Position numbers and translations under genes: made by a program
Source: a virus
IMG/VR virus record: IMGVR_UViG_3300024344_003321
Span: 33,425 to 97,424 of that record
Length of the DNA: 64,000 bases
Strand: one strand, 5' to 3'
Shown here: piece by piece, positions 61,035 to 64,000 of the stretch
Layout: each line of letters begins with the position of its first letter
Numbering within the stretch: position 1 is the first letter of the stretch
The notes under the pieces: model-generated
What the model was told of the DNA's origin: nothing
Seen by the model: the letters and a program-made list of their open reading frames with translations, nothing else
Database searches by the model: none

Positions 61035-61283
61035 ATGATTAAAAAATACAAAAAGAAACCAGTAGTAATAGAAGCATTGCAGTGGACTGGTGATAACTTA
61101 ATTTCGATAGGACTATTTACTAATGGCTCCTTACGAGGTGGTCAGGTGAGTGATTTATATATTAAAACCTTAGAGGGAGACCATAAGGCAACTATCGGTG
61201 ACTACATTATAAAGGGTGTAAGAGGTGAATTTTATCCTTGCAAGGAGGATATATTTTTAGAAACTTATGAGGAAGTAAAATGA
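61035..61283 (+). CDS. Widespread phage hypothetical protein
   Basis: KYKKKPVVIEALQW...IKTLEG...GDYIIKGV.GEFYPCK.DIF..TYE. Confidence 0.8.
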   Translation: MIKKYKKKPVVIEALQWTGDNLISIGLFTNGSLRGGQVSDLYIKTLEGDHKATIGDYIIKGVRGEFYPCKEDIFLETYEEVK

Positions 61284-61717
61284 TTAAATTCATAATATCT
61301 ACAATACTATTCTACATAGGAGATTGGACTTGTAAACTATTACATACAAAACTATTCTTTAATGCTGAAAATAAGTTTACATTTTGGATGGTAGACTTTT
61401 ATCAAAAATGTATGGAATGGTCATTAGATTTCGATGATGGAAAAGTATGGAAATTAGATAAAACAAAAATACCACAGGGCCCATATTGTTATGATAAAAA
61501 TGGTGGGTGCCCTTATTATATCCATTCACATAATCACGATGATATATGTTCATTATTAAATATTGATATAATGGATGAAATAAAAGAGTGTAATTTTAAT
61601 AAAACACATTTAAAAGAAACAGCACCTGAATTGTTTGAAAAAAGAACTGGTATTAAATATCAGAATTGGATTCAAGCAATGGCGGTTACAAAAAAACAAA
61701 ATAAGAAAAAACAATAG
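61280..61717 (+). CDS. Hypothetical protein
   Basis: IPQGPYCY...CPY...C..L...IKEC Cys motif. Confidence 0.6.
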   Translation: MIKFIISTILFYIGDWTCKLLHTKLFFNAENKFTFWMVDFYQKCMEWSLDFDDGKVWKLDKTKIPQGPYCYDKNGGCPYYIHSHNHDDICSLLNIDIMDEIKECNFNKTHLKETAPELFEKRTGIKYQNWIQAMAVTKKQNKKKQ

Positions 61718-61796
61718 GAGAAACAATGTTAGAAGCAATAGGATTCGCAGTAGTATTTTTAGTTGTAGCATACATTTTTGGTAGTATGTTAGACTA

Positions 61797-62456
61797 ATGA
61801 AAATTTGTATAATATCAGATAATCATTCAAACTATGATTTTGAAGTCCCCGAAGCCGATGTATTGATACATTCGGGGGATTTCAGCTATCAGGGAAAACT
61901 TGATGAAATGATAAAGTTCAGGAGTTGGTTAGAAAAACAACCACATAAGCACAAGTTATTCATTTATGGTAATCACGAACGGATGGATAAGCAAGAATTA
62001 TATTGGCGAGATTTTTTAGAAGAAACAGGAGCCACTTGTTTACATAGCACGGAATTACAAATAGATGGATTAAAGTTTTACGGCAGCTCATACACACCAA
62101 CCTTTGGAAATTGGGCATTTATGATGGATGATGAACAAAGAAAACGATATTGGCAAAACGCACCATATGATGTGGATGTATTAGTGACGCATGGACCCCC
62201 ACATGGATTGTTAGATACAGTTGATGGACTTGAAATAGAACCAGGGAAACTTGAGCATTTAGGATGTATTCATTTAAGAAACTACATTGAACGAGTTAAA
62301 CCAAAGTTGGCTTGTTGGGGTCACATCCACGATAGCTATGGTCAGATGACTTTGAAAGCGTGGGAGCCAAATGAACAGAATACATTATGTGTAAATGCTT
62401 CATTATTAGATGAACAATATAAAATGGTGAATAAACCAATTGTAATTGAATTGTAA
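61797..62456 (+). CDS. Calcineurin-like metallophosphoesterase
   Basis: ISDNH, IHSGD, GNHE, VTHGPP, GHIH. Confidence 0.92.
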   Translation: MKICIISDNHSNYDFEVPEADVLIHSGDFSYQGKLDEMIKFRSWLEKQPHKHKLFIYGNHERMDKQELYWRDFLEETGATCLHSTELQIDGLKFYGSSYTPTFGNWAFMMDDEQRKRYWQNAPYDVDVLVTHGPPHGLLDTVDGLEIEPGKLEHLGCIHLRNYIERVKPKLACWGHIHDSYGQMTLKAWEPNEQNTLCVNASLLDEQYKMVNKPIVIEL

Positions 62457-62534
62457 CAATTTGTAACAATGTAAAATAATGTTAGGAACATATACCAAAA
62501 ATGTCTTATATTATAGTATAAGATAAATGATAAA
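62451..62534 (+). promoter_or_regulatory. Repeated promoter/operator element, divergent copy 3
   Basis: (TTGTAACAAT)x2...CTTATATT...TAAGATAAATGATAAA, the last block identical to copy 1. Confidence 0.6.
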
Positions 62535-62559
62535 TAAGAACGATTAAAGGAGAAATAAA

Positions 62560-62745
62560 ATGAAATATACAAATTTTTGGTTTTGGTTTGTTAAATGGTT
62601 TGTGCCGAAAACAGTGAAATACTATTGCTTTATGGATATTATGGTTCATTCTACAACTGGAAAATATGGAAAAACCATCGTCCCTGAATTGACAGGGATG
62701 GAAGCTATTGAAAGATACGCTAAAGATAAATTAAAGGAGAAATAA
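62560..62745 (+). CDS. Hypothetical protein
   Basis: AAGGAG RBS. Confidence 0.6.
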   Translation: MKYTNFWFWFVKWFVPKTVKYYCFMDIMVHSTTGKYGKTIVPELTGMEAIERYAKDKLKEK

Positions 62746-63039
62746 AATGAAATTATTAGACATAGCTATGATGTTCAATTTAATTGTATCAGTTATATAT
62801 GTACTGATAAATAAATATGATATAGCAACCTATCACCTTGTTTCTGTATCATTAATTATGAATTATAAGTTATTAAAGGAAAAATAAAATGAGTGATAGA
62901 CAAAAATTATTAGAAGATGCTATTGAGTTAATTGAAGATATTATTAGCTATGTGCCTGACTACTTTATGGACAAGTATAAGTACGAAGAAGATTATGATT
63001 CAATTATGAAGAGATATGAGGAGATAAGGGAGGAATAAA

Positions 63040-63393
63040 ATGAGCTACTCAATAGAAATGAGAAACGAAGATGGGAGCAAATGTCAAGTACCAAACCATA
63101 CAGAAGGTGGAAACATTGTAGCAGGTGGTACAACTGACGCAGATATGAGTGTTACATATAATTACTCTTGGTTTTATTACAAATATTTAGATAAAGACAA
63201 AGGATTAAGATGGTTATATGGAAAAACAGGACACGAAGCTACACATAGATTATCAGAAGCAGTCCAAGAGTTAGGTACTAATAGATATATGAAAGACTAT
63301 TGGGCAGATACACCTGGGAATGCTGGGTGGGCCCTAAATGTGTTATTGGACTGGGCTATCGTAAATCCCGATGGCTTTTTTCGAGGAGATTAA
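63040..63393 (+). CDS. Phage hypothetical protein
   Basis: GGAGG RBS; VTYNYS..., DYW..TPGNA motif. Confidence 0.7.
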   Translation: MSYSIEMRNEDGSKCQVPNHTEGGNIVAGGTTDADMSVTYNYSWFYYKYLDKDKGLRWLYGKTGHEATHRLSEAVQELGTNRYMKDYWADTPGNAGWALNVLLDWAIVNPDGFFRGD

Positions 63394-63497
63394 TTGAATG
63401 AGTGACTTAGGAATAGGAATGGTTTGTGCAACAATATGTTTTTGTGTGTTTTGGGTAGGTATAGTTGTCATAGATTACACTACGGAGAAATATAAAA

Positions 63498-63728
63498 ATG
63501 AATAAAAAAGTTAGAATAGTAAAACAAACAGATGTAGATGGTGAAGTCCTTTATATAATTCAACAAAAGCACTGGTTGTTTAGGTGGATGTGGGTTTCAG
63601 CAAGTATTAATAGTCCAGACTTTGTTTACCGTGTCGACTGTTTTACTACATTGGAAGAAGCTAAAAAACATTTATGTTATTTCGATGGAAGTAAAAGTAT
63701 GCATGAGGTGGTTTATGGCGATGAATAA
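63498..63728 (+). CDS. Hypothetical protein
   Basis: GGAG RBS; YIIQQKHWLF..W, FTTLEEAK. Confidence 0.6.
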   Translation: MNKKVRIVKQTDVDGEVLYIIQQKHWLFRWMWVSASINSPDFVYRVDCFTTLEEAKKHLCYFDGSKSMHEVVYGDE

Positions 63729-63936
63729 ACTAACAGAATTAGCTAACAATGGGTATGAAGATTTAAGTATGTCTGAAACTAAATTGATTGAATTTGTAAA
63801 AAAATATTCATTTGAATTTCCATTGTTGATTGATGGGAATAAAGTATGGATTCATATTCAAAACAATATCCCAAATGATGATATATTATTTGAAACAAAT
63901 ATTGGTGAAAATACAGAGGTTATTGAAAATGAATAA
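63721..63936 (+). CDS. Hypothetical protein
   Basis: In-frame ATG at 63721 (MNKLTELA...) after GAGGTGG; 3' part of track ORF 63622-63936. Confidence 0.45.
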   Translation: MNKLTELANNGYEDLSMSETKLIEFVKKYSFEFPLLIDGNKVWIHIQNNIPNDDILFETNIGENTEVIENE

Positions 63937-64000
63937 AGCAACACTCAAATTCAACAATGGAAATGGAGCATTACTTTGTAGTGGGTGTAGAGTTATACTT

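Noticed and set aside
1899-62572. Minus-strand ORFs in the track, and short alternate-frame + ORFs inside the giant gene
   Set aside because: They are shadows of longer, motif-bearing + strand genes and carry no recognisable motifs
1-64000. Stop-codon reassignment
   Set aside because: Conserved genes are full length in the standard code and coding density is high

Overview
64 kb segment of a large, AT-rich dsDNA bacteriophage genome with a T4-like replication module. Essentially all genes are on the + strand, tightly packed, and read cleanly in the standard code. In order: (1) a family B DNA polymerase; (2) a 7-deazaguanine DNA-modification operon (queD, queE, folE, a DUF262/HNH nuclease, a DpdL-type QueD paralogue and dpdA), with an ADP-heptose-like sugar-activation cassette and a glycosyltransferase embedded in it; no queC is in the window; (3) sliding clamp and clamp loader; (4) a class II Asn/Asp-tRNA-synthetase catalytic domain without an anticodon-binding domain, followed by an atypical long-variable-arm tRNA with a GUU anticodon; (5) a ~22 kb glycan-biosynthesis island with many glycosyltransferases, a likely GDP-colitose pathway, and a GT2 gene split by a free-standing homing endonuclease; (6) a gingipain (C25)-like/lamin-tail protein and a 3067-aa Cys/Asp-rich repeat protein; (7) an early-type region of small ORFs behind a repeated promoter/operator element, including a lytic transglycosylase, a TROVE-like/vWA protein and a metallophosphoesterase. 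GATC appears strongly avoided. Domain content hints at a host in the FCB group (inference only). All family assignments come from recognising motifs by eye; no database search was run.
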